61,860 nucleotides of DNA from an uncultured bacterium (lineage in GTDB: Bacteria > Omnitrophota > Omnitrophia > JAHJGZ01). The stretch covers positions 1 through 61,860 of the forward strand of contig CAZLCT010000002.1 of the NCBI GenBank assembly GCA_964558015.1, in the 5' to 3' direction. The position numbers were made by a program, and so were the translations under genes. The notes beneath the pieces are model-generated. The model saw nothing but the letters and a program-made list of their open reading frames with translations, was not told the DNA's origin and made no database searches. Position 1 is the first letter of the stretch. Every line of letters starts with the position of its first letter. Shown piece after piece: positions 24,001 to 30,975 of this stretch.

Positions 24001-26651
24001 CCTCGCATAAGCAGCATTTTAAGAAGAGGCATATCAGCAATAATTTCACCTGCGTTATCAACCGCATACAAAATTACCTGGGCTTTCATTTTAATACGTT
24101 GCTGCAATAAACCGTAATCAAACGCGTCATCGGCAAAAAGTCCTTTCTTCCCGACGACAGACTTCAGCTGCTCTTTTATGTTAAGTTTTCTGTCAGACAA
24201 TTGTTCGGCACTTTTCGGATCGCCATAATCCATAGCATTACCAACTATTGATGCTTCTATTGCAGCAAGGAGAGGATCTTTTTGTTCTGAGATAAGATTA
24301 TCAATCCAATCCAACTGGGCAAGCATTGTTTTATTATTTTCAGTTTTAATGTCTTCATACGGATCTCGAACTCCGGTCCCTATACGGATAATTTCATATA
24401 AAATATCTTGTATATCCCGAAAATTACTCCCCTCAACAAAATATTTATTCACGCTGTATTGAATAGCTTCCTCCACCTTAGTTCTAATCTCTTGATCATC
24501 AGTTGCAAGTTCGATAGTTTGAACCGCGACTAATCTATTACGTTCAACCGATAACTTGCGTTTATTTTCATCTGATGGAAACATATCCGGATCAGATGCG
24601 TAAGGATCAGCTACTACATCTGACGGTGGAAGTGGTGGAACTTTCAAATTTGTCTTAATCGCTTCAACAAATTCTCTTATTGTTATCTCTCCACTATGCA
24701 GTTTATTTCGTAAATCAGCGCTAAAATCCTCATCATCCGAAGGATAGTCTACTTCCACAATCCTTTCCGTGCTTTCGGCAGCGGTTACTGTCTTACCCAA
24801 TGCATCTGCCTCTTTTTCTACCAAACTCATGAGTTTTGGGATGTCGTTATCTCGCAACGCGTGTACTAATTCATTAGGATCTAAAAACGTAACAGATTCT
24901 CCACGGTTTCTTGCACTTATAATCTCCGTTGCATATCTGTTCCAGAGTTTAATTTTTTCTTTAGAATCAGGGTCATCAAGAATTGTGCGGACAAGTTTTG
25001 GTAGGACCTCTTCGCGAAATGTTTCTTTTTCAGTTTTACCTATTTTTTTATAATCGGCAATTGCCGAAATGACTTCCAAAGTACCAGCGCGGCTTCCTTC
25101 GTTAATACCAAAATACTTCTTGTATCCTGCCATTATTTTCTCATACAGATTGTTCTCCGGAACTTCGGTAATACTCGGTGTTACAACCATGTATGACACA
25201 CCATTTTCTTTAAGCGCTTTTGTTATACCCGGTGTGTGGTAACCTCCAGTTACTAGAACTATGGGGTTTACAGAGTGCATAGCGCTGCTAAGCGCCCCAC
25301 GCTTTGCACTTTGCTCTATGCGCTTTGCCTGCTTAAGGGTGTTTTCAACAATAGCTGTCTCACGTTTTTCAGCGAGGTCGTAGAAGCGCTTGAATAGAGG
25401 GAGATGTTTATCAAGATTAAAATGTTGCAGGTCGCGAGTTGCGGGTCCCTCGACTTCGCTCGGGATCCTGAGTTTGTCGAAGGATTGCGGGTTAAGAAGT
25501 TTATCAACTCGAGACTCGAGACTCGCAACTCGAAACTCGTCTTTATACTTACGAAAGTATGCCACATCTTCCGGAGTTGCTCTCAATGTAAGTAATTTCT
25601 TTAGTACTCTAAATATTTCAATAAGCTGATAGAGCTTTTTTTCCTTAGGCGTAGCTAAAAATTTTGAAAGCACTTTTTTCTCTAGTAGAATACGTTCTCT
25701 ATTTAGAGCGCCTTCATCAATATCTTCTACAAGCCAGAGATAATGCAGGTAACGATTGATATTCTCATATTCACGAAAATCTATTTTGTAGCTAAGTGAC
25801 ATTTCCTTAAGAAACTTGTAATAATCAACAGCTGAGAGGCGTTTTCCCTTAAAATCTATCTCTTTATACGCGATGAGTTCAATATCTTCTTCTTTAATTG
25901 AAGCATTATTGATAAATTTGTTTATGAGGTCATTTGTCTCAAACTGAATTCTTCCGAGGTTAATCTTTTGTTGATAGACTTCAATCTCACGCAATTTATT
26001 AAAGTTTTTGTAAGGAGTAGTACTGATGCCCGTTCTTTCTGTGCTATTTAGCACATACCTGAAGTATTGAATTGGGTCTTCGGGGTTTTTGTGAAACCTC
26101 TCCTGCTCATCCAAAAATGAGCGTAATTCATGCGAAAAAACAGTTTTCTTGAGTGATGAAAGCGTTCTTTCAATGCCGGTTAAAAATATGTTGACCTGAT
26201 CCTGCAATGCATGCGCTTTTACATATGTTTCTACATGCTCCACGTACAAATCTTCATGGTCAACGCCAAATAATTCGACGGGATCATCGGAAATTATCGA
26301 ATACTCTTCAGGTCCGGTTATTGTTCCCTCCTTTACATAGACATTAATAATTTCCTCCCTCTTATCTTTAAGAGGAAAAGCCCTGAATAGTGACGTGTCT
26401 ATCTTACCTGAAGAACCTTCCACGCAAACTGTATCTATACCGAATTTCTTTTGAACCACCCCTAGAATACTCTCAATATTTTTCTGAGCTTCATAGTTTG
26501 CGTGTGCGTTCTGGATGTAGATTACCAATGGAGACTTTTTGCTTGATGTATCGAATACATCCTGAATGCGTCCAATATCGGTTGGAATATTAATAATCTC
26601 GGCCAGAGAAGGAATAGGCATTGCCGGTTGTGCTGTTGCCTGTGGTACATT
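1..26651 (-). CDS. Giant multi-domain, membrane-spanning protein; N-terminal 8,883 codons only, ORF continues beyond the window start
   Basis: I read the minus-strand frame whose codon low coordinate is divisible by 3 from 26657 down to 3 and found no TAA/TAG/TGA. The upstream in-frame stop is TAA at 26658-26660, and the first ATG after it is at 26651-26649 (MYHRATAQPAMPIPSLAEIINIPTD...). The other two minus frames and all plus frames hold only short ORFs. It is probably absent from the track because it has no stop in the window. The translation is protein-like throughout, with the domains listed below. The start codon is uncertain because there is no Shine-Dalgarno (see findings). Confidence 0.9.
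3480..4330 (-). other. Region of giant ORF: polytopic membrane block (about 6-7 predicted TM helices)
   Basis: Hydrophobic runs IGYISIIPLFILKRFF, LPIFGLSIIDFFMPFLNFFPSFY, GLGIVAIVNAFIFWGA, YHFVGGIIFNAPFLFSTHPLIIVVSIAL, ISVIGAIILAALLITIPYIYYCLF and MPLVFPLVTFCLTLY. Confidence 0.55.
4465..4750 (-). other. Region of giant ORF: two further Fis-type HTH-like modules
   Basis: LELLLFEVVWEMSGKDIARAAELLDISIYELESK and VKRDIIAALRTAKGNPEQAAALLGIAPATLKDRMRFYGI. The second is close to the HTH_8 consensus. Confidence 0.5.
5375..5800 (-). repeat. 2-TM hairpin plus juxtamembrane module, copy A
   Basis: GSTVLNIVCVLAAMGIGFLTIPTLKSFILHIVSAETLGQIKLLLVSQYFSSAIGIVAVILYLSFLWTNPTVRTTVQNFFKNVKNYFVSDLSRSWKPFISRLVRNLPQLS...PIRMYAVDLD. 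The 37-nt perfect match to copy B is at 5635-5671. The antisense track ORFs 5563..5835 and 10525..11109 share the same N-terminal 36 aa, which confirms the duplication. Confidence 0.85.
9120..9480 (-). other. Region of giant ORF: class-I methyltransferase-like segment, apparently degenerate
   Basis: EDGAFDVVNLDFYETIARNTHLSPDQKVKFFQELNRVVALDGYLIISS resembles the post-motif-II/III region of SAM methyltransferases (FDxV...L...l.e..RvLkpgG.l.is). No clear GxGxG motif I lies upstream (ISFHEFHLSSG). Confidence 0.25.
10335..10760 (-). repeat. 2-TM hairpin plus juxtamembrane module, copy B
   Basis: EASSYLISLFGILGVCAFLTKYIKSFIPHIVSSETIGQIKLLLVSQYFSSAIGIGAGVLFLSFLWTNPTVRTTVRNFFKNVKNYFVSELSKSWKPIISSLVRNLPQLS...PIKMYAVDPD. 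High (estimated ~85%) nucleotide identity to 5455-5715 over about 260 bp, including a 37-nt perfect match (10597-10633). Confidence 0.85.
11400..12800 (-). repeat. Tandem array of about nine alpha-helical repeats of ~47-50 aa (TPR/Sel1-like) in giant ORF
   Basis: The recurrent anchor (D/K)YP(D/N/H)AKGVK.Q..YI...Y..LA..F is followed by AEELINKAY.IL. Anchors sit near 12690, 12540, 12400, 12265, 12118, 11972, 11828, 11690 and 11550, giving a period of about 140-150 bp. Confidence 0.7.
13870..14570 (-). other. Region of giant ORF: four tandem Fis/NtrC-type helix-turn-helix (HTH_8-like) modules
   Basis: Unit 1: YIEKEAIRCALMITGSDETLAAGLLGISCNSLKDKY. Unit 2: VEKKIIEHALSLKNGVAYKTASLLGIGREKILRKIREYGI. 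Unit 3: YIEKKAIKNAFNIADGNISHAIKVVELF. Unit 4: LEEEVIRKIYKGDKSKTARKLGISRTTLYKKMKKYNI. Unit 4 is a near-consensus Fis-type HTH and was verified codon by codon (13861-13920). Confidence 0.6.
14785..14850 (-). other. Predicted single transmembrane helix of giant ORF
   Basis: LIELMSFMGFIGIVSFLLWYFF is the first strongly hydrophobic segment, about 3,930 residues from the start. Confidence 0.5.
14960..15240 (-). other. Region of giant ORF: RelE/ParE-superfamily toxin-like fold (tentative)
   Basis: IRFTKGFFRSWKNISGVEKKQLIKNIGEMVKNNTHNPLVIKGAPVQDIQNRLFVLYTKKTGLVYTFTNEKNTRLLVVYVGKKQG follows the RelE/ParE layout. That layout is an N-terminal helix pair, then L.G....yR.Rv..yRlvY......i.vl.vg. Verified codon by codon at 15001-15120. 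No catalytic residues assigned. Confidence 0.3.
15700..17080 (-). other. Region of giant ORF: TPR-like alpha-helical repeat region 1
   Basis: Repeated helix-pair pattern with A/Y/L spacing, e.g. NPLAKYLLAISMGYDEEWDSALRVYSEVL and GHYYFERRSYTGAISLFDKAVEL. Followed by a highly basic patch KGRKKEKRKYKRKKH at about 15240-15325. Confidence 0.45.
19497..19628 (-). repeat. Motif module copy 2: GEILPGEGLDLKKQHRISETQQRVWNANINFTNPPLAAWQSP
   Basis: Second copy of the ILPGEG...VWNANINFxNPPLAA motif, about 1.6 kb downstream in the same frame. Also followed by a Gly/Ser-rich stretch (IIGGGSS). Confidence 0.8.
21096..21236 (-). repeat. Motif module copy 1: GVILPGEGKDPHGGHYISPKQKAVWNANINFENPPLAAYSSP
   Basis: Direct intragenic repeat with 19497-19628. 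Shared nucleotide core gctgcaagaggagg.ttt..gaaattaatattagcattcca.aca. Followed by a Gly/Ser-rich stretch. Confidence 0.8.
21440..22120 (-). other. Domain of giant ORF: protein-kinase-like fold (Kdo/Bud32/APH-like), possibly divergent or inactive
   Basis: AVLLAKMHHAGYKGWHLDV...SDMHTENIRMIVKDKKIKLIWVGDVEGF resembles the HxDxHxxNI catalytic loop and the xDxE/DFG-like metal loop of small atypical kinases. It is preceded by beta-rich sequence and a FEY hinge-like motif. Verified codon by codon at 21481-21660. Confidence 0.4.
23640..24450 (-). other. Domain of giant ORF: DUF89 / ARMT1-like damage-control phosphatase domain
   Basis: ILYAVDNAGEIIADMPLLKMLLMRGHKVILAGKEKAAVNDMTKADLEHLF (DNAGE at 24043-24057) and IRIFKGQANLRTINE (23739-23756) match the DNxGxE, NDxT and KGxxNYR-type motifs of DUF89 (PF01937). 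Both stretches were verified codon by codon. Confidence 0.6.
25150..26560 (-). other. Domain of giant ORF: Tiki/TraB/ChaN-like (EreA/ChaN/PMT superfamily) predicted hydrolase fold
   Basis: N-terminal motif PLVIYIQNAHANYEAQKNIESIL...DTVCVEGSSG (26491-26522 region). C-terminal motif NPIVLVTGGYHTPGITKALKENG (25224-25253). These resemble the H...E and GxGH signatures of ChaN/TraB/Tiki proteins. Motif-level only. Confidence 0.35.
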
Positions 26652-26873
26652 ACCTGTTAGTGACGTAACAGTAAAAACCACTACCATACATAAAGCAACA
26701 CACTTACATTTAGAAGTTTTAAAATAAGTTATAAGGGTATTTTCATCCATATTTGATTATCCGATCTATTCTCTGGAATACTATTGTGATAAAACCATGA
26801 AGTACAAATCTAAAGTGTCATCTTGAACAGCGAGTAATGTGGTGGATTTGGCCTTAAAAGTACTTTAATCAAT

Positions 26874-26915
26874 AAAAAAAGCCAGCCACAAACATTAATC
26901 ATGTTTGCAACTGGC
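26874..26915 (-). terminator. Rho-independent terminator closing the upstream (DUF362...) transcription unit, just ahead of the giant gene
   Basis: On the minus strand the arms gccagttgcaaacat / atgtttgtggctggc form a stem with a 3-nt internal mismatch and a 5-nt loop, followed by T7 (plus-strand A-run 26874-26880). Confidence 0.6.
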
Positions 26916-27274
26916 TGTCCTAGGCAATACGTTTTTGAGTTTACCTGTAGACCCTATAGTTTTGTGTCACCAGGTTTCCCTGACTTTACCAAATAACTAT
27001 ACTATATGTTATAGGTTATATACTTTATAAAAGTATTTAATATAATATACCATATAAGCCCATTTTTTACAAATTTAAGCTACTAATAATATATTTATAT
27101 AATATATTGATAATAAATGCCTTATGGCATAAATCTTACCAAATATAAAAAATATGGGTGGGGATTTAGAAAAGTAACATAAAATTTACATAATTAAAAT
27201 AAATGGATGAAATTGAAGAATCAAAAAATAAAGAGGTAAGATGATGAAAAATCTGAAGTTTATAACAAGTTTAA

Positions 27275-28264
27275 CTACTTTTCTTTTATTAATATCCGTA
27301 ACTGTTTAAATATACTTTTAAATATTCTACCCAGTGAAAATGAAATCGGCATGAGTTTCTTGGGTACACGGAAATCAAGCATACGCTGAATCTTATCTCC
27401 AAATACTGTAATATCATTAATATCAGTAATACCATATCCATACTTTCTAGCTGTATTTAAAATCGGAACATCAGAAATCTCCTGACCGATATAATGACTT
27501 ATAACAGTATCAATACTAACGCAATTAATTCCTCCGAATAAAATACCCCTGCGTTTTACTCCTCCGTTCTGTGAATCTCTACTTTCAAGTACATCAACCG
27601 CGTCTACAATAGTAAATTCAGGTCTAACGATGTCGTAAATGGATAGAACGAAAAGAGAAAATATTTCGACATTGTTATTAACTAAAAAATGTCTCCAAAC
27701 TTTGACTTTTCCGCTAATACATCCATACAAATTTTTTATTGCTCCGGTAAATAACATTTGAGCATGTGATTTAAGTTTAGGTAAATTTATAATAATATCA
27801 AAATCCCGGACTGATTCTGTCACAGTTGATAGTCTTGATATTTTTTTACGCAATTTGGAATTGATATTTTGATAAAAATATTTTTTTATTCCGGGATTTC
27901 GGGTATCAACTTTTTTTCTCTTAAATTCAATAATCGGAACATCATAACGTTTGCATATTTCTTCAATACCACACTCGCGTGAAACACCAATCGCGGATCC
28001 GAATGCCGGGCTATCACTGAGGAAGACTTGAGCATTACATTTTTTTACCACTTTTATCAATGTTTCAATTATTTGCGGATGAGTTGTTCCGCCTTTATGA
28101 ATTTTGGGAGATGAAATCAAGTTTGGTTTAAGAAGAACTTTCTGGCCGGGTCTGATAATTTTCTGAGGACCTCCAAAAAACGAAAATATTTTGCCGACAG
28201 AATCTTCTAAAAGATTCTTCGAATAATCACTGCATCTGGCAATAGCAACTTTATCATTATTCAT
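27275..28264 (-). CDS. DUF362 domain-containing protein
   Basis: 329-aa ORF. VAIARCSDY...GQKVLLKPNL...GGTTHPQIIETLIKVV matches the DUF362 N-terminal pattern. Confidence 0.65.
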   Translation of the reverse strand: MNNDKVAIARCSDYSKNLLEDSVGKIFSFFGGPQKIIRPGQKVLLKPNLISSPKIHKGGTTHPQIIETLIKVVKKCNAQVFLSDSPAFGSAIGVSRECGIEEICKRYDVPIIEFKRKKVDTRNPGIKKYFYQNINSKLRKKISRLSTVTESVRDFDIIINLPKLKSHAQMLFTGAIKNLYGCISGKVKVWRHFLVNNNVEIFSLFVLSIYDIVRPEFTIVDAVDVLESRDSQNGGVKRRGILFGGINCVSIDTVISHYIGQEISDVPILNTARKYGYGITDINDITVFGDKIQRMLDFRVPKKLMPISFSLGRIFKSIFKQLRILIKEK

Positions 28265-28302
28265 TATATTTTTTAATTTAAGGCGGGGGAAAATATATAT
28301 AT

Positions 28303-29115
28303 TTATGTAAGAGTTAAAGGTAATTTTTCTCTAACAGAACGCAAAAAATCAAAATCAAGACGTGCACTAATTAAGGCCTCTCGCTCAGCAGCCTCTTTTA
28401 TAATGTTGCCCCAGGGATCTATAATTATACTATGACCAAAGCTACGAATACGGCTATAAGTGTCTGTACCGCAACAATTAGCCGCAATAATATATGATTG
28501 TGTTTCTACAGCGCGATTCCTTAACAAAACATGCCAATGCGCCCTCCCTGTACTATAAGTAAAATTAGAAGGAACACATATTATCTCAACACCCTCGGAT
28601 GCCAAAGATTGAAAAAGACTAGCAAACCTTAAATCAAAACAAATAGCAACTCCAACCGAACGTCCTGAAACAGTAAATGTGGAAATCTTTTTCCCGGGAA
28701 GAAAAAAGTCGCCTTCTCTAATAATTTTCCTGCCTAACTTTACCTCGAAAAGGTTTATTTTCCTATAACTGGAAATAATTTCCCCTGATGAAGAGATACA
28801 AACTGCCGTATCGTAATATTTTCGAGGACGGGAACTTTTTTCGATAATACTACCAAGTATAATGTTTATGTGAAGATTTTTTGCCAGATTACAAAAAAAG
28901 GTAGTTATGGGGCCACCAATATTTTCTGCAATGTTTTTATAATATCCTGGATCACCACGGTAAATAAACAATTCAGGCAAAACAACTATCTCGGCGCCCT
29001 GCTTACTTAAGTTGCTAATACCTTTGGCTACTTTACGTATATTTTCGGAAATATTTTTTCCCGGGTTTAATTGTACCGCAGCAACAAAAAAACTATTTTT
29101 CATTCTTTTTATCAA
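28303..29115 (-). CDS. Carbon-nitrogen hydrolase family protein (nitrilase superfamily, Nit/omega-amidase-like)
   Basis: E-K-C triad contexts VVLPELF, YRKINLF and VGVAICFDLRF. The start is probably ATG 29103 (MKNSFF). Confidence 0.75.
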   Translation of the reverse strand: MIKRMKNSFFVAAVQLNPGKNISENIRKVAKGISNLSKQGAEIVVLPELFIYRGDPGYYKNIAENIGGPITTFFCNLAKNLHINIILGSIIEKSSRPRKYYDTAVCISSSGEIISSYRKINLFEVKLGRKIIREGDFFLPGKKISTFTVSGRSVGVAICFDLRFASLFQSLASEGVEIICVPSNFTYSTGRAHWHVLLRNRAVETQSYIIAANCCGTDTYSRIRSFGHSIIIDPWGNIIKEAAEREALISARLDFDFLRSVREKLPLTLT

Positions 29116-29947
29116 TTCTATTAAGAGTCCAATCGAATTTAAGATATTCTACTACATAATTCCCACTTAAGATAAAATTTCTTTGTTTAGGAAGATATGA
29201 ACTAAGAAAATTAAGAACGGCCCGTTCACGCACATTAAATTTCATTAGTTCACTTTTTTCATTACTATATCTTCTCACAAAATCAATGCCGAACCACTTA
29301 AATAACATCGATAGATAAATCTTTTTATTATTTTTATCAATTTTAACATTCCTCTCTTCCGTAATATACCTGAATACATCTTCTTCTAATTGTATATTAA
29401 TATACATACCTAAGTATGCCTCATCACGCAATCTAGGAAACCCGCGTGCAGGGCCAACAATAGCAAAATGGGCACGTTCATCATTAAACAACCCACGCAA
29501 ATATGTATGCTTAATCTCGTTCAAACTTATTTTTTCACCAAAAACCTTAAAAACTTTCATGCTCGGTCTTTCTCTTATCTCCGTAATCTTATCTGCATAT
29601 GGGTTTTTAAGATGTAACGATAAGGAAAATGCATTATACGCATTTATCCAAAAAGCAAACTTTTCACCTCTAGACCATCCTTCATATCTTTCATGTGAAA
29701 GTGAATCAACATCATTCAGGAATTTATAAAGAAGATGTTTATTCTCCTCCAATAATACATAATCAATGCGACCTTCTTTAAGACAACTTTTAAGTGTAAA
29801 TTCTAAATCGAGATAAAGAAAATCATCAGCAGAAGCTTCACTCGTCATATAACAAAAAATAAGCAATACTCCTATCACCCATCTCATAATGGTATACTCC
29901 CTTTTAAAGCATTTCCCCAATATGCTCTTTGTAAAATATTTTTTCAT
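29093..29947 (-). CDS. DUF547 domain-containing secreted protein
   Basis: EKFAFWINAYNAFSL motif of DUF547. A signal-peptide-like MRWVIGVLLIFCYMTSEASA suggests a true start near 29887. Confidence 0.6.
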   Translation of the reverse strand: MKKYFTKSILGKCFKREYTIMRWVIGVLLIFCYMTSEASADDFLYLDLEFTLKSCLKEGRIDYVLLEENKHLLYKFLNDVDSLSHERYEGWSRGEKFAFWINAYNAFSLSLHLKNPYADKITEIRERPSMKVFKVFGEKISLNEIKHTYLRGLFNDERAHFAIVGPARGFPRLRDEAYLGMYINIQLEEDVFRYITEERNVKIDKNNKKIYLSMLFKWFGIDFVRRYSNEKSELMKFNVRERAVLNFLSSYLPKQRNFILSGNYVVEYLKFDWTLNRIDKKNEK

Positions 29948-30034
29948 TCTCCCTTTTTTAATATATCCTATAAAAATATTTAAAAAGATATACGGCTATT
30001 TTACTCTAAAACACCTTGTTATTTCAAATGTATA

Positions 30035-30883
30035 TTATGCCTTAATAAGGCCCCTTAAAACTTTTAAATTCTCTTTGTCTTCTTTCATATCTTCTCCCTT
30101 AGGAGTCTCTAAAATCTTAGGTGTTTCACGAAAACGCTTATCCTGCAGAATAAGGCGAAATGATTCAAGCCCTAAGCGTCCCGCTCCTATATGCTCGTGT
30201 CTGTCTACATGTGACCCCAGGTCTTTTTTTGAATCGTTAAAATGAAAAATTTTAAGCCGATTCAATCCTATAATTTCATCAAACATGGAAAAGGTTTTTT
30301 TATATTTAGCCTTTACTCTTATATCATAACCAGCGGCAAAGGTATGACAGGTATCATAACAAACACCAATCCTATTATCTTCTTTTACTCGTTTAATAAT
30401 CTCACGGAGATGTTCAAAACTATAACCAATGGCCGTACCCTGGCCTGCAGTTGTCTCGAGCAAAATACATGTCTTGCCTCCTAGAACTTTACCTAAAACG
30501 AAATTCAGACTATCAGAAATCCTTTCTAACCCTTCAGGCTCACCACTACCGATGTGGGAACCTGGATGCATAATAAGATAAGGTATCTTGAGCTTTTCTG
30601 CTCTTTCTAATTCAATCAGGAGAGATTGCCTAGATTTTTCAAGAAGGAATTTATTCGGCGAAGCGCAATTAATCAAATATGAAACATGTGCAGCAACGCA
30701 TAAAATGTTTTTATTCCTTTGAATACTAATAAAACGTTCTATCTCTTTATCACCAATAGGCTTTGCTTGCCAACTATTATTGCTTTTTGTAAATATCTGT
30801 ATAACATCACAACCAACTTGTAAGCCTCGTTCTAAAGCTTTATCAATACCACCAGCAATTGACATATGTGCTCCAAGTAGCAT
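30035..30883 (-). CDS. nfo: Endonuclease IV (deoxyribonuclease IV)
   Basis: GAHMSIAGG, HPGSH, LETTAGQGT, DTCHTFAAGYD, HFNDSK and DRHEHIG motifs over 282 aa. Confidence 0.9.
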   Translation of the reverse strand: MLLGAHMSIAGGIDKALERGLQVGCDVIQIFTKSNNSWQAKPIGDKEIERFISIQRNKNILCVAAHVSYLINCASPNKFLLEKSRQSLLIELERAEKLKIPYLIMHPGSHIGSGEPEGLERISDSLNFVLGKVLGGKTCILLETTAGQGTAIGYSFEHLREIIKRVKEDNRIGVCYDTCHTFAAGYDIRVKAKYKKTFSMFDEIIGLNRLKIFHFNDSKKDLGSHVDRHEHIGAGRLGLESFRLILQDKRFRETPKILETPKGEDMKEDKENLKVLRGLIKA

Positions 30884-30975
30884 ATATAAACCCCATTATT
30901 TAAGGCATAATAACTTTCAGCTGTATTGATATTTTTTCCCAAGCACTATTTAATTTAGTCTACTTTTTTAAAATC

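Noticed and set aside
3047-25567. Minus-strand track ORFs 3047..3271, 21095..21292 and 25316..25567
   Set aside because: All three are in a different frame from the giant ORF and lie completely inside it. They are short and motif-free. The last is explained by the local GC-rich patch.
736-25629. Plus-strand track ORFs inside the giant gene (e.g. 10525..11109 194 aa, 17215..17613, 20536..20955, 4631..4948)
   Set aside because: These are antisense shadow ORFs of a strongly coding minus frame. Their translations are S/F/L/I-rich low-complexity sequences with no RBS and no motifs.
1-26651. Alternative genetic code or stop-codon reassignment as the reason for the huge open frame
   Set aside because: The frame contains no TAA, TAG or TGA at all, so no reassignment is needed. 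Neighbouring genes terminate normally with TAA, TAG and TGA.
26682-26750. ATG at 26750 as the simple start of the giant ORF (same frame)
   Set aside because: In-frame TAG at 26684-26682 and TAA at 26660-26658 lie between it and the open frame. It is usable only with frameshifts (see finding).
27241-27309. Plus-strand 22-aa hydrophobic mini-ORF (MMKNLKFITSLTTFLLLISVTV) with a GAGG upstream, possibly a type I toxin
   Set aside because: It is very short and overlaps the 3' end of the DUF362 gene. In this AT-rich spacer such ORFs arise easily, and I saw no cognate antisense RNA features.
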